DNA of 64,000 bases from Felis catus. Lineage: Eukaryota. The notes beneath the pieces were generated by a model. The model made no database searches. It was not told the DNA's origin and saw only the letters and a program-made list of their open reading frames with translations. The stretch lies in the NCBI RefSeq assembly GCF_018350175.1, contig NC_058368.1:37698001-37762000 (forward strand), in the 5' to 3' direction. Shown piece after piece: positions 37,103 through 51,647 of this stretch. The translations under genes and the position numbers were made by a program. Every line of letters begins with the position of its first letter. Within the stretch, counting starts at the first letter, position 1.

Positions 37103-40100
37103 CTCCCCCAGATCTAATGTTTGTGAAAATGTAGTCACAAATATCTTTGAAAATTACTGTAGGATTAAAAAATTATCTCTGAAATCTAATTTTGTAGGAA
37201 CAGTAATTAAATTACTTTTATTGTTTCTTTGATATCTAGCCCTACCCTAATATTATACACACATGCACACCCACACCCACACCCACACACACACACACAA
37301 ATATTGGTTTCTCTATTAATAAAATAAATCTAGGATAATAAGAATTCTCATTCCTTTCTCTTATAAATATATATATTTTTTCTGATGTTAACATCATGTA
37401 ATTGAAGAATTTCTCAAATCAGAAAACTTAAATCTTAATTCAACCAAAATTGAATTTGAATGTTATAGCATTTTTATAGTGTTTGAACCCTACCAAACTA
37501 ATCATATGAAATAGCTGTTCTTTGCTTAAGGCTTCCATGGATAGGTGTTTAGATTATCTGTATTTCCTTAACTAAATTGAAAACTTGTCTAATGATAAGT
37601 AGGAAAGTATCTTGAGCCAGCCAAGATAATTTTTTTTAAATTAAACCATAAATAGAATCCAAGCCATAATATACAGCCTGTTTTTATGGAATGCAATTCC
37701 AATTACCTCAGATCCCCATTTAATACAACTTTATGTCTGATTCTGTCTTAAACACATTAAAAATGGAATATTTGTATGTCTTTGAAGTGTAGCCTGATAT
37801 AAAAATACTGATTTTTTTTCTATATTCATTCTTATTTTTCCTTGTAGTTACTTTCTCATTGAAAAGCTTTATCTCCTATTAATTTATTCCCATTGATAAC
37901 AAGAAATAATCTGTGTCTCCTATAATTTTACTTCAGAGTTCCTTATTTTCCTGAGATTCACTGGCCTGGGTAAATGAAAAATATCTGTACATTTGAGGTT
38001 GGACCACTAAGTTATAGCTGCACTCCACTCAACAACATTAGTCTAGTATTAAAGAATTATTTAAATTCAAAATTCCTGGGAGAAATAGTTTTACTTTGTT
38101 TTTAAGATATAATGTTACCATGTATCTTTTAAAAATGCGTAGCCAATAATATTGCACATACTTAAGTGACAAGGACCCATACCAAATCGTGGACTTGCCT
38201 AAATTGAAGCTGGTAGGGCATGAGCTCTTAGAAGCATTTTGCTTTCTGATTGATTGAACATTCGAGGATTTTCAATAAACAGATATGCCATAAAACTCGT
38301 GCTCAATTCTTAAAAAACGTTTCTTACAATACATCACATTTTGATATAATAAAATCCACACCAAATTGTGGCAAATTTCATCAATACCATTTATAATCTA
38401 ATGGGAATTCAAGTTGGTAAGTTGTGCTTTTTCTGCATGTCTTACATTATTTATACATAGCGGCAGTTCTGTTTTTTAACTTCCCTGTTGTAACTGAAAA
38501 CACAAAATGAAAGGTGTTTTTCATAAATGTAATCGAGCACAAAATCAGTTGCCGGAGCAAGTAAATGCAGTTGAGACCTCAAAGTCTCACTCTGCTGATT
38601 TTAACTGTGATGCATGACAAGTGCGTCGCAAAATCACTTTGAAAAAATGAAATGATGTGAATGTATCTATCTGTCTATCATCTATCAATTTATTAATCCA
38701 TTTATCTCTCCATCCATCCACCTGTTTATTGATGTGTGTGTGTCTATAGTGATTATCAAGAAATTGATATACATGTGTACATTGACCCCTGCAGAAAATC
38801 AAACCTTGGAGAATGTGTTAGTTTTGAATTTTTCTTAAAACTGTTTAAAATGATACCTCTAAATCTCTTCAACCTGTGTACTTGTGGAGTAAATTTATCT
38901 TCCTGACCCATCTTCTATATTAATTACATATTACATAGCCCTTCTTTGCCAAATCATGCAGAGTGTGGTTAAAAGAAAAGAAAATGATCTAATAAGGAAT
39001 TAAAACACGCTACAAAAGGCACAGTGTTACCTCTTTTTCTAGAGGCTTTATTTCCCTTTTAAAATTGTTTTTCATTCTTTTCAACATGCACACTCGGAAT
39101 TTTGTATTTGACCTTAGACTTAGAAGTTTATCTGTAGACATTGCTTGGAAATGACTTTACAGTAAAAACAGTAATGTACACCCAAGGGCATCTGGGGAAG
39201 GAATTAGAGTTTTAGAAAAAAAGTGAATTCTCTATTAATTTCTCACACTGCATAATATGACATCTACTGTGGGGCGTGTTGTACTCCAGTGGCCATGAGA
39301 TACGGAGTCCAGTTTGATGGACTTGTACCTTCAGTAATTTCATTCCTCCTATAGAGACAGGACCCCAAAGGGCAGCGTTGGGCATTTGTTCATTTACTGT
39401 GAGAGTATTTGAATAGCACCTCACGGGGTTTTACTTCATGTCTTTGCCTCTGTGATACTTATTTGAGACACTGTGACGACTGTGATGGGCTGTGTATTAT
39501 ACCACTGCCAGTTGACTGATGACATTTTGATTTATGTGACTTTTTCTGTTGAGCTGGAAGGGAAAGAATCATTGTTTTGTTTCGTTTTGTTTTGTTTTTC
39601 TCTTGCAAGGAACCATTTTAGATAGAGAAAAGTGTAACCTTTTAAGTTTTATTACAACAAAAACATGCCAACAAGTGCAGTAATAAGTCTTAATCCTTCT
39701 GAGCTACATATTCTTATTTATGGGCTATATTTGCTGTGCTGCCTGTTACTGGTAGTTTTGCCAAACTGCTATACTGAATGGTCTCTCCTTCAGTGTTTAA
39801 AAATTACATTCTCAATATTACATTTTACTGTGCCTGGTGGGCCTTTAATATTACAGAAGTTTGGATGTTACATGCTAGACTTCAAAAATCTCCATTCGTT
39901 ATCCTAATGATAAAATTGCACGTAATGTTTCATATATTAGGGCTTCTTCCATTTTAGAGATTCCCAACAAGGAAACAATCCCTAAGTGTTCTTTCATTAC
40001 ATAAACAACTTTCTTTTAGGCATGAAGAATGTACTAACAAGTATTCCTGAGAATGATCCTTTGATATTTTCAAAATACAAAAAATGCATTCTAAGTTATT

Positions 40101-40964
40101 AAAACGTGTTAATTAAATTCAGTATAGTTTTACTAACATGAGTTTTTATTAGATACTATATGAAATAAATTAACCAGATATTGCAACTGTTTGTGGATTA
40201 CCAACCATGTATTAGATTCCTTCAGCATATGATTTGCATATACACTTCGCAGTAATACTTAGTGCTAAGTGTTTTCTTTAAAAAAAAAACAGGTAAAAGA
40301 AAGATGCAAGGCAGTTAAGGCAAACGCAGTATATGGAATCCTTTTTGGTGGACCTGGGTCCTTTGGTGGACCTGGTTTTCAATACCAATTACTCAAACTT
40401 GAAATCTGGTATTCTTGCAAGTAAACCATAGTTGAGCAAGACTCTTTACTAGTAAACTCTTTGTGTTAACTGCAACTTGTCATTTTCATTATTTGAGGTA
40501 GTTTCCAACCTATATATTGGGTTATACGGGGGCATAGACGGACAACAGCACATACATATCTGATTGTGGTTGAAGGCATGGCATTTTCACAGATACCTGC
40601 AGTTTGTGCTTAATATTTATTCTACTCTTTGGTATATTCTGTGATACTCAGAAGAATTCCGGCCCACACTTACATTGGCATCTGTCTTATGGTGTCAAAA
40701 TGTAATCGAGAGTAGGAACTGAGCTGACATGTTGACAGTTGAAGCTGCAAGAGATCATTTCTTTGATAAATTCGTCCTTTGACTTGTGATTCAAGAACTG
40801 TGTTTATCTTCGGGGCATTGTATTTAAATTCTAATAATTAATACGTTCTCTCTCTTAAGAACATTTTTTATTTAGTTATAAAGAATGTGGGATGAATTTA
40901 ACTATCATTTATAAATTAACATTTAAAAGTGGAAGACGTGTAAATGATTATGGACCCCTTTGCA

Positions 40965-42985
40965 TTGTTTTTAATAATACATCTATTGAAAACTAGTGCA
41001 TATATAAAATTTACTCTCTTCATTTGTACAGTTCAGTTGTTTTTAGTGTCTTGAGGGTTGTACGACCATCACTACTATTTTTACAATATTTCACTGTCCA
41101 CAAAGGAAATCTCCTACCCATTAAACAGTCACACTCTATTCTCACAGTCTCTAGCCCCCTAGCAACCAATAATCTACTTTTTGTTTCCCATTTCCTAATC
41201 TGAAAATTTTCCTAATCTGGACATGTTCCAAAAATAGAATTATATAATATGTGATTTTTTTTACTGTCTTCTTTGCCTAGAATAATGCTTTCAAAGTTCA
41301 TCTATGTTGTAGCATGAGTCACTCCTTCTCTTTTTTTAATAGCTAAATAATATTCTATTCTATAGAAATACCACATTTTTTCCATTCCTCAGATAAGGGA
41401 TATTTGGGTTATCTTCATTTTTTGCTGTTATGAGTAATGCCGCTGTTAACATATACATATAATGTTTGGGTATACATATGTTTGCAATTAAGTTGAGATA
41501 ATATGTAAGAGTTCAATTTTTGGGTCATATGTTTAACATTTTTAGGAACCATCAAACTGCTTTCCAAAATGGTTAAACCATTTGACAGTCCCACCACCGG
41601 TGTGTGAAATTTACCATTTCTCTGTGTTTTTGCCAACGTTTGTTACCGTTTTTAGCCATTGTAGTAAGTGTGAAGCATATCTCATTGTAATTTTTCTTTG
41701 CATTTCTCTAATAATTCTGTTGAGCATCTTTGGATATTTTTTTCCCAACGTTTATTTATTTTTGGGACAGAGAGACACAGAGCATGAACGGGGGAGGGGC
41801 AGAGAGAGAGGGAGACACAGAATTGGAAACAGGCTCCAGGCTCTGAGCCATCAGCCCAGAGCCTGACGCGGGGCTCGAACTCACGGAGCGCGAGATCATG
41901 ACCTGGCTGAAGTCGGACGCTTAACCAACTGCGACACCCGGGCGCCCCACATCTTTGGATTTATTAATTGGACATTTATGTGTCTGTGGAAAAATGCCTG
42001 TTCAAATTCTTTTCCATTTTCCAATTGAGTTATCTTTCTATTGTTGAATTATAAGTATTCTTTATATATTTTGGATGTAAGTTCCTTATCAGACATATGA
42101 TTGGCAAATATTTTCTCCTATTTTCTAGGTTTTTTTTAAATTCCTTGATGGTGTCCTTTGGTGCATATGCCTTTAACTTTGAAGAAGTCCAGTGATGTAT
42201 TTTATTTAGACTTTTTTTTGCTTGTGTTTTCTTATTGTATCTAAGAAACTATTGTCAACTCAAGGCCATGAAACTTTGTTCCTATGTTTTCTACTAAGAG
42301 TTTTATATATTTACCTCTTAGATTTAATTGTGTTTAATTAAACACAGTTTAATTTTTACATTTTGTGTGAGACAGAGATCCAAATTTTTCTTTTGCTTTG
42401 TCTTTTTCCTTTTTCTTTCTCTATTTTTTTCATGTGTGTAGATACTTGGTCTAACCATTTGTAGGAGACAATATATTCCCTTATTGAATTGTCTTGGTAT
42501 GTTGTCAAATATCAATTGGCCATAAATGTAAGCATTTATTTGGATTCTCAGTTTTAATCCATTGATCAGTATGTCTATCCCTATGTCATTATGCCATTAT
42601 CACACTCTGTTGATTATTGTCAGTTTGCAGTAACATTTGAAATCAAGAAAAGTGAGTTTTCCAATTTGTTGTTCTTTATCTAGGTTTTTTTTTGACTAAT
42701 CTGAGTCCCTCAAATTTCCTTAGTAATTTTATGAACGTATTTTTTACTTTTGAAGGAAAAAAAACGCATCTGGAATACTGATAAGGATGAATTTGGACGT
42801 TCTTGCTATTTTAATAACATTTCTCTGATGACGTCAGACATTTTTACATTTGGTTCTCATTTAACTTCTCTCAGCAGTGGGTAGTTTTAAGTGTACAACT
42901 CTGCATTTTTGTTAATTGTAAGCACAAGCATATTATTCTTTTTGATACCATTGTAATTAAGACTATTTTCTGACTTTTGTTAGGC
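40965..42985 (-). mobile_element. Ancient L1 3' end (L1MB-like)
   Basis: Antisense 3'UTR 'tgtacagttcagttg...gggttgtacgaccatcactact...cccctagcaacc' followed by ORF2 C-terminal antisense sequence. Confidence 0.8.
41736..41948 (-). mobile_element. Young felid CanSINE (SINEC_Fc type)
   Basis: TSD catctttggat 41725-41735 / 41950-41960. Confidence 0.96.
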
Positions 42986-43092
42986 ATGTTTATTTATGCC
43001 TCTGTGAGCATATTAATAGTTTCGAGATTTCCAGATGTCAATATCTCTGTAAGTATTGGGAATTTTCCTTAAGTATTAACATCAAATTATTT

Positions 43093-44748
43093 ATTTGTTT
43101 GTTCGTTTATAATTCAAATTCAAGTTAGTTAACATACAGTGTAGTCGTGGTTTTAGGAGTAGAACTCAGTGACTCATCTATTACATATGATACCCAGTGC
43201 TCATCCTTACAAGTGCCCTCCTTAATCTTCATCACCCTTTTTTTTTTAAAAAAAATTTTTTTTTAACATTTATTTATTTTTGAGACAGAGACAGAGCATG
43301 AACGGGGGAGGGGCAGAGAGAGAGGGAGACGCAGAATCGGAAACAGGCTCCAGGCTCCGAGCCATCAGCCCAGAGCCCGACGCGGGGCTCGAACTCACGG
43401 ATCGCAAGATCGTGACCTGGCTGAAGTCGGACGCTTAACCGACTGCGCCACCCAGGCGCCCCGACTCATCTATTACATATGATACCCAGTGCTCATCCTT
43501 ACAAGTGCCCTCCTTAATCTTCGTCACCCTTTTAACCCATCCCCCCACCCACCACCCCTCCAGCAACCCTCAGTTCTCTGTTTGTAAGAGTCTCTTATGG
43601 TTTGCCTCCCTCTCTCTTTTTATCTTATTTTTCCTTCCCTTCCCCCGTGTTCATCTGTTGTTTATTAAATTCCACATATGAGAGAAATCATATGATATTT
43701 ATCTTTTCTCTGACAGACTTATTTTGGTTAGCATAATACCCCCTAGTTCCATCCACATTGTTGCAAATGGCAAGATTTCATTATTTTTCATCACTGAATA
43801 ATATTCCATTGTGTATATATAATGCATCTTCTTTATCCATTCATCAGTTGATGGATGTTTTGGCTCTTTTGCTAATTTGGCTATTGTTGTAGGACTGATG
43901 CAAACATTGGGGTACACGTCCCCCTTTGAATCAGCATTTTTGTATACTTTGGAGAAATACCTTGTAATGCAATTTCTGGGTCAGAGGGTAGTTCTATTTT
44001 AATTTTTTTGAAGACCCTTCATACTGTTTTCCAGAGTGGCTGCACCAGCTTGCATTCCTACCAACAGTGCAAAAGAATTATCCTTCCTCTGCATCCTCGC
44101 CAACATCTGTTGTTGCCTGCATTATTAATTTTAGTCATTCTGACAGGCGTTAAGTGGTATCTCACAGTGGTTTTGATTTGCATTTCCCTGCTGATGAGCA
44201 TGTTTTTACGTGTCGGTTAGCCATCTGGATGTCTTCTTTGGAAGAGTGTCTATTCATGTCTTTTGCCTATTACTTCAGTGTATTATTTGTTTTTGGGTGT
44301 TGAGTTTGATAAGTTCTTTATAGATTTTGGGTAATAACCCTTTAGCTGATATGTTATTTGCAAATATCTTCTCCCATTCTGTCGGTTGCCTTTTAGTTTT
44401 GCTGATTGTTTCCTTCACTGTGCAGATTTTTCTTTTGATGAGGTCCCAATAGCTCATTTTTGATTTTGTTTCCCTTGCCTCCAGAGACATGTCCAGTAAG
44501 AAGTTTTGCAGCTGAGGTCATAGAGGTTGATGCCTGTTTTCTCCTCTAGGATTTTGATAGTTTCCTGTCTCACACTTAGGTCTTCATTCCATTTTGAATT
44601 TATTTTTGTGTATGGTGTAAGAAAATGGTCCAGTTTCATTCATCTGCATGTTGCTGTCCAGTTTTCCCTGCACTATTTACCTAAGAGACCTAAGAGACTT
44701 TTTTCATTGGATAGTCTTTCCTATTTTGTCAAAGATTAGTTGGCCAAA
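43093..44748 (-). mobile_element. 5'-truncated carnivore/felid L1
   Basis: ORF2 C-terminal peptides (ORFs 43699-43917, 44275-44490, 44454-44639); TSD atcaaattattt 43081-43092 / 44749-44760. Confidence 0.92.
43242..43462 (-). mobile_element. Young felid CanSINE flanked by a 71-bp direct repeat
   Basis: Full-length SINE; 43171-43241 repeated at 43463-43533 with one mismatch. Confidence 0.97.
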
Positions 44749-45749
44749 ATCAAATTATTTTCACTTCTATTTTCCAGAGAACCGTTACAGATGCTGTACT
44801 ATAATAATGATAATAAAATCTGAAGTCCTGTGGGTTAAATGGTATGAAAATTCAGGCAAAGGATCATTCTGTGATATACTACAGCTTATATAAATAAAAA
44901 TAATTATTTACAAATTAGGGGAATAAAAATGGATTAAATTAATCCTTTCAGGGAGTGGCAGCCTGTCAAGGTAAAGAGAATACATAAAAACATAAATTTA
45001 GACTCCATTTAATTGAGTGACCTTTTCATGTTGTTGCAAAATACAGATAGACACATATTTATATTTTACTTTTAAGTAGGCCTTGCTTTCTGGGTCTTAT
45101 TTCTTGTCATATCAAATAATATCCTCCAATTTGATTCTAAATAACATTCTACTTGAAGAAAATACCACTAAATGATTTCCTAAGTTGATATGTAAGTAAA
45201 TTTGTGGGATCACCGATGAAACCAAGATTCAAACACCTGAAACCACCTTTATCTCTGAAAACAGTAACTACTTGAATTTATGCATATTTAGGTTCTTAAT
45301 GTTTCTTTAAAAAGTATTGGTAATATTTACATAATAACTTGGGTCAATAATAGTAGCATTCATATATCACAGTATATTTCATTTCATAGCAACTCTTTAA
45401 GATAAGTTTCATCATCCCCTCTTTGAAGAATCCCTTCATTAAAAAAAAACAGGATTGGCAAAATTGAAAAGGAAGGAGACATGACTTGGTTCTTGGATTC
45501 CGATCTCCATAATCTCTCTACATCAGTACTGCCATTTCCCTCTCTTCCTGGAATGGGAATTTTAATTCTGTCTTCTTGTGAGAGGCTGTACTAAAATGAA
45601 AATGCATATGGCTTGAGAATATGTGAATGATATTCATATAAAAGTAATATGGCAAAATTTTGAAAAGCTCAAAAATATTTACGAAGCTACAACTTTTTAT
45701 GAATTTGATCACAGCATTTCCAAAAGGTCTTAGAGATAGTCTGCTTGAA

Positions 45750-46060
45750 GCCAATCATTACACACTTGAGGAAATTGAAACCTGAAGAGGTTAAACCACT
45801 TTTGGGTGGTCAACAGCTAAGAAACTGTGCAATCAGGGATATAAAACAGGCAAAATAGAAACCTTATTTGAACTGGAGCAAGTTGTCAGACCAAACTGCT
45901 AGGATTTGAAAAGAAGATCTGTCAGATGCCTATTGTGTAGTATTAGGCAATTTTCTAAAATGTCTTTGCTTCAGTTTCATCATCTGTAAAATAGAAATGG
46001 CAATAATAGCACCTTCTCCCAGGGATTCCTGAGGATATGTGAGTTAATACATAGACAATA
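45750..46060. mobile_element. MIR remnants (two pieces, opposite orientations)
   Basis: 'tgaggaaattgaaacctgaagaggttaaaccactt' and 'cttcagtttcatcatctgtaaaatagaaatggcaataatagcacct' are MIR core motifs. Confidence 0.7.
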
Positions 46061-46494
46061 TTTCTTACCAAATCTTAATTAATGACATTTTTGTTTGTAC
46101 TCCAGCCCATAGGCTTTATCTTTCCTATAAACATAAATTTATTTCCTTCCAAAAATGATTCATATCCAAAATAAGTATGTGTTTACTTTTCCAAATTTGT
46201 GGCAGTACTTATAATCACCACCTTTCCTAATGTCATTGATGTGAAAAATTTGAATGTTGTCATTTGAATGTTTGTAGCTATTCCAGTTGTTACATTTGTA
46301 GATTCTTATAGACAGATTTTGGAATACCTCTGTCCCAGAACATTAACTGATAGGCTTGCACATTTTTTTCACAACTATTAATGACAGGACTAAGAACTAC
46401 AGCCAAATAAAACTACATAGACCATGAGTTTGCATTGAAGACTTAGTTATTTCTTATAATAATTTGAGGATTTTAGTAAGTAGTGTTAGACTAA

Positions 46495-46720
46495 TACATG
46501 AGAAAATGATGGTTTGTGGGTCATACAGCCCATTACCTATGTTTGTAAATAAAAAATAACTGGAAAACAGTCATACACATTCATTTAAGTCTTGTCAGTG
46601 ACTGATTTTGCACTGCATTGATAGAGTTCAGTAGTCATAAGAGAGATGATATGGGCCACATAGCCTAAAATATTTATTCTCTGGTCCTTTCGAGAGGGAA
46701 AAAAAATGCTAAATCCTGGT
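46495..46720. mobile_element. MER58A-like hAT-Charlie MITE
   Basis: 'tttgtaaataaa...ctggaaaacagtcatacacattcattta...gagttcagtagt...gcctaaaatattta...ctggtccttt'. Confidence 0.75.
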
Positions 46721-47790
46721 TTAATCCCACAGATTAAGTCAAGCTAATGCAAACATGACAGTTTACTCATGGATTATCTCATATACTACAGGTAGGTGCC
46801 ATATGATTTCTGCTGGGGTAAACCGATATGCCACAAAACGCTTTTAGGAAATTATTTTATAGTACGTGTCACAATCTGCTAATATATCACCAAACTGATA
46901 AAAAATGAAGTTGATATAAATATTATTGTGCTTAATGTAATATAAACCAGAGGAGATATATACTCATGTATGTAAATATATGCATTATATATGCCCTAAT
47001 ATGTAATAACAGCGTTATAATTATGATTTATTTTGTGCAATTTAATATATAATTTAATGAGGAAAAACTGTATAGTTTGTAAACTGGAACACATAAGAAT
47101 ATTATATTCACTTTAAGTTTAGATATCCAAAAAGTAGAAATATTTCCATAGAATTTGAAGCATGGGTATTAAGTCGTTAGGCATTGTGAAGATTACATAT
47201 TAAACAGAAATTTAGTTTGAGACATAAATTGAACTTTATGTCTGAAACAGTACAGTATAATTTTTTAGGAAGTTACTACAAATCCACTTAGAAATTTGAT
47301 TCTAGATAGTACTTAATGGCTTCATGTGTCAGACTATGGCATTTAGAATTTTCCTGTAGGGAATTGTTGTCTATGAACGATTTTTATAAAGGAAGCTGTG
47401 TATTACTCAAAAGTTAATTTAAAGTAAATAGGACATAGATTTATAGTTTTTTTTTCAGCTTGCAACAACAGTGAAAGGACTTTAATATCAGAACCTTACT
47501 CTATTGATTAGATATTGCTAGGCTTTGCATTATGTTTTTTTTAATTCTATTTTTTTATTTTTTAAAATTTACATACAAATTAGTTAGCATATAGTGCAAC
47601 AATGATTTCAGGAGTAGATTCCTTAGTGCCACTTACCCATTTAGCCCATCCCCCCCCTCCCACAACCCCTCCAGTAACCCTCAGTTTGTTCTCCATATTT
47701 ATGAGTCTCTTCTGTTTTGTCCCCCTCCCTGTTTAAATATTATTTTAGTTTCCCTTCCCTTATGTTAATCTGTTTTGTCTCTTAAAGTCC

Positions 47791-50700
47791 TCATATGAGT
47801 GAAGTCATATGATTTTTGTCTTTCTCTGACTAATTTCACTTAGCATAATAGCCTCTAGTTCCATCCACATAGTTGCAAATGGCAAGATTTTCATTCTTTT
47901 TGATTGCCGAGTAATACTCCATTGTGTGTGTGTGTACCACGTTTTCTTTATCCATTCATCTATCGATGGGCATTTGGGCTCTTTCCATACTTTGGCTATT
48001 GTTGATAGTGCTACTATAAACATGGGGGTGCATGTGTCCTTCCGAAACAGCACACCTGTATCCCATGGATAAATGCCTAGTAGTGCAATTGCTGGTCATA
48101 GGGTAGTTCTATTTTTAGTTTTTTGAGGAACCTCCATACTGTTTTCCAGAGTGGCTGCACCAGCTTGCATTGCCACCAACAGTGCAAAAGAGATCCTCTT
48201 TCTCCGCATCCTCACCAACATCTGTTGTTGCCTGAGTTGTTACTGTTAGCCATTCTGACAGGTGTGAGGTGGTATCTCATTGTGGTTTTGATTTGTATTT
48301 CCCTGATGATGATTGATGTTGAGCATTTTGTTCATGTGTCACTTGGCCATCTGGATGTCTTCTTTGGAGAAGCGTCTATTCATGTCTTTTTCCCATTTAT
48401 TCACTGGATTATTTGTTTTTTGGGTGTTGAGTTTGATAAGTGCTTTATAGATTTTTAGATACTAGCCCTTTGGCTGATATATCATTTGCAAATATCTTCT
48501 CCCATTCTGTCGGTTGCCTTTTAGTTTTGCTGATTGTTTCCTTTGCTATACAGAAGCTTTTTATTTTGATGAGGTCCCAGTAGTTCATTTTTGCTTTTGT
48601 TTCCCTTGCCTCCAGAGACGTGTTGAGTAAGAAGCTGCTGCGGCCAAGATCAAAGAGGTTTTTGCCTGCTTTGTCCTCGAGGGTTTTGATGGCTTCCTGT
48701 CTTACATTGAAGTCTTTCATCCATTTTGAGTTTATTTTTGTGTATGGTGGAAGAAAGTGGTCCAGGTTAATCTGTCTGCATGTCACTGTCCAGTCGTCCC
48801 AGCACCACTTGCTGAAGAGACTGTCTTTATTCCATTGGATATTCTTTCCTGCTTTGTCAAAGATTAGTTGGCCATACGTTTGTGGGTCTATTTCTGGGAT
48901 CTCTATTCTGTTCCGTTGATCTGAGTGTCTGTTCTTGTGCCAGTTCCATACTGTCTTGCTGATTACAGCATTGTAGTATAGCTTGAAGTCTGGGCTTGTG
49001 ATGCCTTCTGCTTTGGTTTTCTTTTTCAAGATTGCTTTGGTTCTTCATGGTCTTTTCTGGTTCCATACAAATTTTAGGATTATTTGTTCTAGCTCTGTGA
49101 AGAATGCTGGTGTTATTTTGATAGGGATTGCATTGAATATGTAGATTGCTTTGGGTAGTATTGACATTTTAACAATATTTGTCCTTCCTATCCAGGAGCA
49201 TGGAATCTTTTTCCATTTCTTTGTGTATTCTTCAATTTCTTTCATAAGCTTTCTATAGTTTTCAGTGTATAGATTTTTCACCTCTTTGGTTAGATTTATT
49301 TCTAGGTATTTTATGGGTTTTTGTGCAACTGTAAATCGGATGGGTTCCTTGATTTCTCTTTCTGTAGCTTCATTGTTGGTGTATAGGAATGCAACCGATT
49401 TCTGTGTGTTGATTTCATATCCTGCAACTTTGCTGAATTCATGAATCAATTCTAGCAGTTTTTTGGTGGAATCTTTTGGGTTTTCCATATAGAGTATCAG
49501 ATCATCTGCAAAGAGTGAAAGTTTGACCTCTACTTGGCCAATTTGGATGCCTTTAATTTCTTTGTGTTGTGTGATTGCAGAGGCTAAGACTTCCAATACT
49601 ATGTTGAATAACAGTGGCGAGAGTGGACAACCCTGTCTTGTTACTGACCTTAGGGGGGAAGCTCTTAGTTTTTCCCCATTGAGGATGATATTAGCGTTGG
49701 GTCGTTCATATATGGCTTTTATGATCTTGAGGTATGATCCTTCTATCCCTACTTTCTTGAGGGTTTTTATCAAGAAAGGATGGTGTATTTTGTCAAATGC
49801 TTTCTCTGCATCTATTGAGAGGATCATATGGTTCTTGTCCTTTCTTTTATTGATGTGATGAATCATGTTAATTGTTTTGCAGATCTTGAACCAACCCTGC
49901 ACCCCAGGTATAAATCCCACTTGGTCATGGTGAATAATTTTTCTAATGTATTGTTGGATCCAGTTGGCAAATATATTGAGGATTTTTGCATCCATGTTCA
50001 TCAGGGAAATTGGTCTACAGTTCTCCTTTTTGGTAGGGTCTCTGTTTGGGTTTGGAATCAAGGTAATGCTGGCTTCATAGAAAGAGTTTGGAAGTTTTCC
50101 TCCCATTTCTATTTTTTGGAACAGTTTCAAGAGAATAGGTGTTAACTCTTCCTTAAATGTTTATTAGAATTCCCCTGAAAGCCATCTGGCCTTGGGCTCT
50201 TGTTTTTTGGTAGATTTTTGAGTACTAATTCGATTTCCTTACTGGTTATGGGTCTGTTCAAATTTTCTATTTCTTCCTGTTCCAGTTTTGGTAGTGTATA
50301 TGTTTCTAGGAATTTGTCCATTTCTTCCAGATTGCCCATTTTATTGGCATATAATTGCTCATAATATTCTCTTATTATTGTTTTTATTTCTACTGTGTTG
50401 GTTGTGATCTCTCCTCTTTCAGTCTTGATTTTATTTATTTGGGTCCTTTCCTTTTTCTCTTTGATCAAACTGGCTAGTGGTTTATCAATTTTGTCAATTG
50501 TTTCAAAGAACCAGCTTCTGGTTTCATTGATCTTTTCTACTGTTTTTTTTTTTTTTTTGGTTTCGATAGCATTAATTTCTGCTCTAATCTTTATTATTTT
50601 CTGTCTTGTGCTGGTTTTGGGTTTTATTTGCTGTTCTTTTCCCAGCTCTTTAAGGCGTTAGGTTAAGCTGTGTATCTGAGATCTTTCTTCCTTCTTTAGG

Positions 50701-51577
50701 AAGGCCTGGATTGCTATATACTTTCCTCTTATGACCACCTTTGCTGCGTCCCAGAGGTTTTGGATTGTGGTGTTATCATTTTCATTGACTCCCATATACT
50801 TTTTAATTTCCTCTTTAACTGCTTGGTTAGACCATTCATTCTTTAGTAGGATGTTCTTCAGTCTCCAAGTATTTGTTACCTTTCCAAATGTTTTCTTGTG
50901 GTTGATTTCGAGTTTCATAGCGTTGGGGTCGGAAAATATGCACGGTATGATCTCAATATTTTTGTAACTACTTACGGCTGATTTGTGTCCCAATATATGG
51001 TCTATTCTGGAGAACATTCCATGTGTACTGGAGAAGAATATATATTCTGCTGCTTTAGGATAAAATGTTCTGAATGTATCTGTTAAGTCCAACTGATCCA
51101 GTGTGTCATTCAAAGCCATTGTTTCCTTGTTGAATTTTTAATTAGATGATCTGTCCATTGCTGTGAGTGGGGTGTTGAAGTCTCCTACTATTATGGTATT
51201 ACTGTCAATGAGTTTCTTCATGTTTGTGATTAACTGATTTATATATTTGGGTGTTTTCACGTTTGGTGCATAAATGTTTACAATTGTTAGGTCTTCTTGG
51301 TCGATAGACCCCTTGATTATGATATAATGCCCTTCTGATAGTCTGATATAAGTATGGCTACTCCAGCTTTCTTTTGTTGACCATTAGCATGATAGATGGT
51401 TCTCCATCCCTTTATTTTCAATCTGATGGTGTCTTTAGGTCTAAAGTGGGTCTCTTGTAAACAGCATATAGATGGATCTTGTTTTCTTATCCATTCTGTT
51501 ACCTTATGTCTTTTGATTGGAGCATTGTGTCCATTGACGTTTAGAGTGAGTACTGAAAGATATGAATTTATTGTCAT
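47791..51577 (-). pseudogene. L1 ORF2 (endonuclease/reverse transcriptase), frameshifted
   Basis: Fragments [16 protein letters not shown] (EN start), [19 protein letters not shown] and [11 protein letters not shown] (RT) split across at least six ORFs; small deletion near 51338. Confidence 0.95.
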
Positions 51578-51647
51578 TATGATGGCTTGTAGAGTTGGAG
51601 TTTGTGGGGGTGTTCTCTGGTCCTTTCTAATCTTTGTTGCTTTTGGT

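Noticed and set aside
40344..40375. Small tandem duplications (tttggtggacctgg x2; also ~26664-26687, ~34903-34935)
   Set aside because: Ordinary slippage-size duplications with nothing further to support function.
49045..50130. 361-aa ORF with RT motifs as an intact or domesticated reverse transcriptase gene
   Set aside because: It is one frame of a frameshifted L1 ORF2 within an ordinary L1 body.
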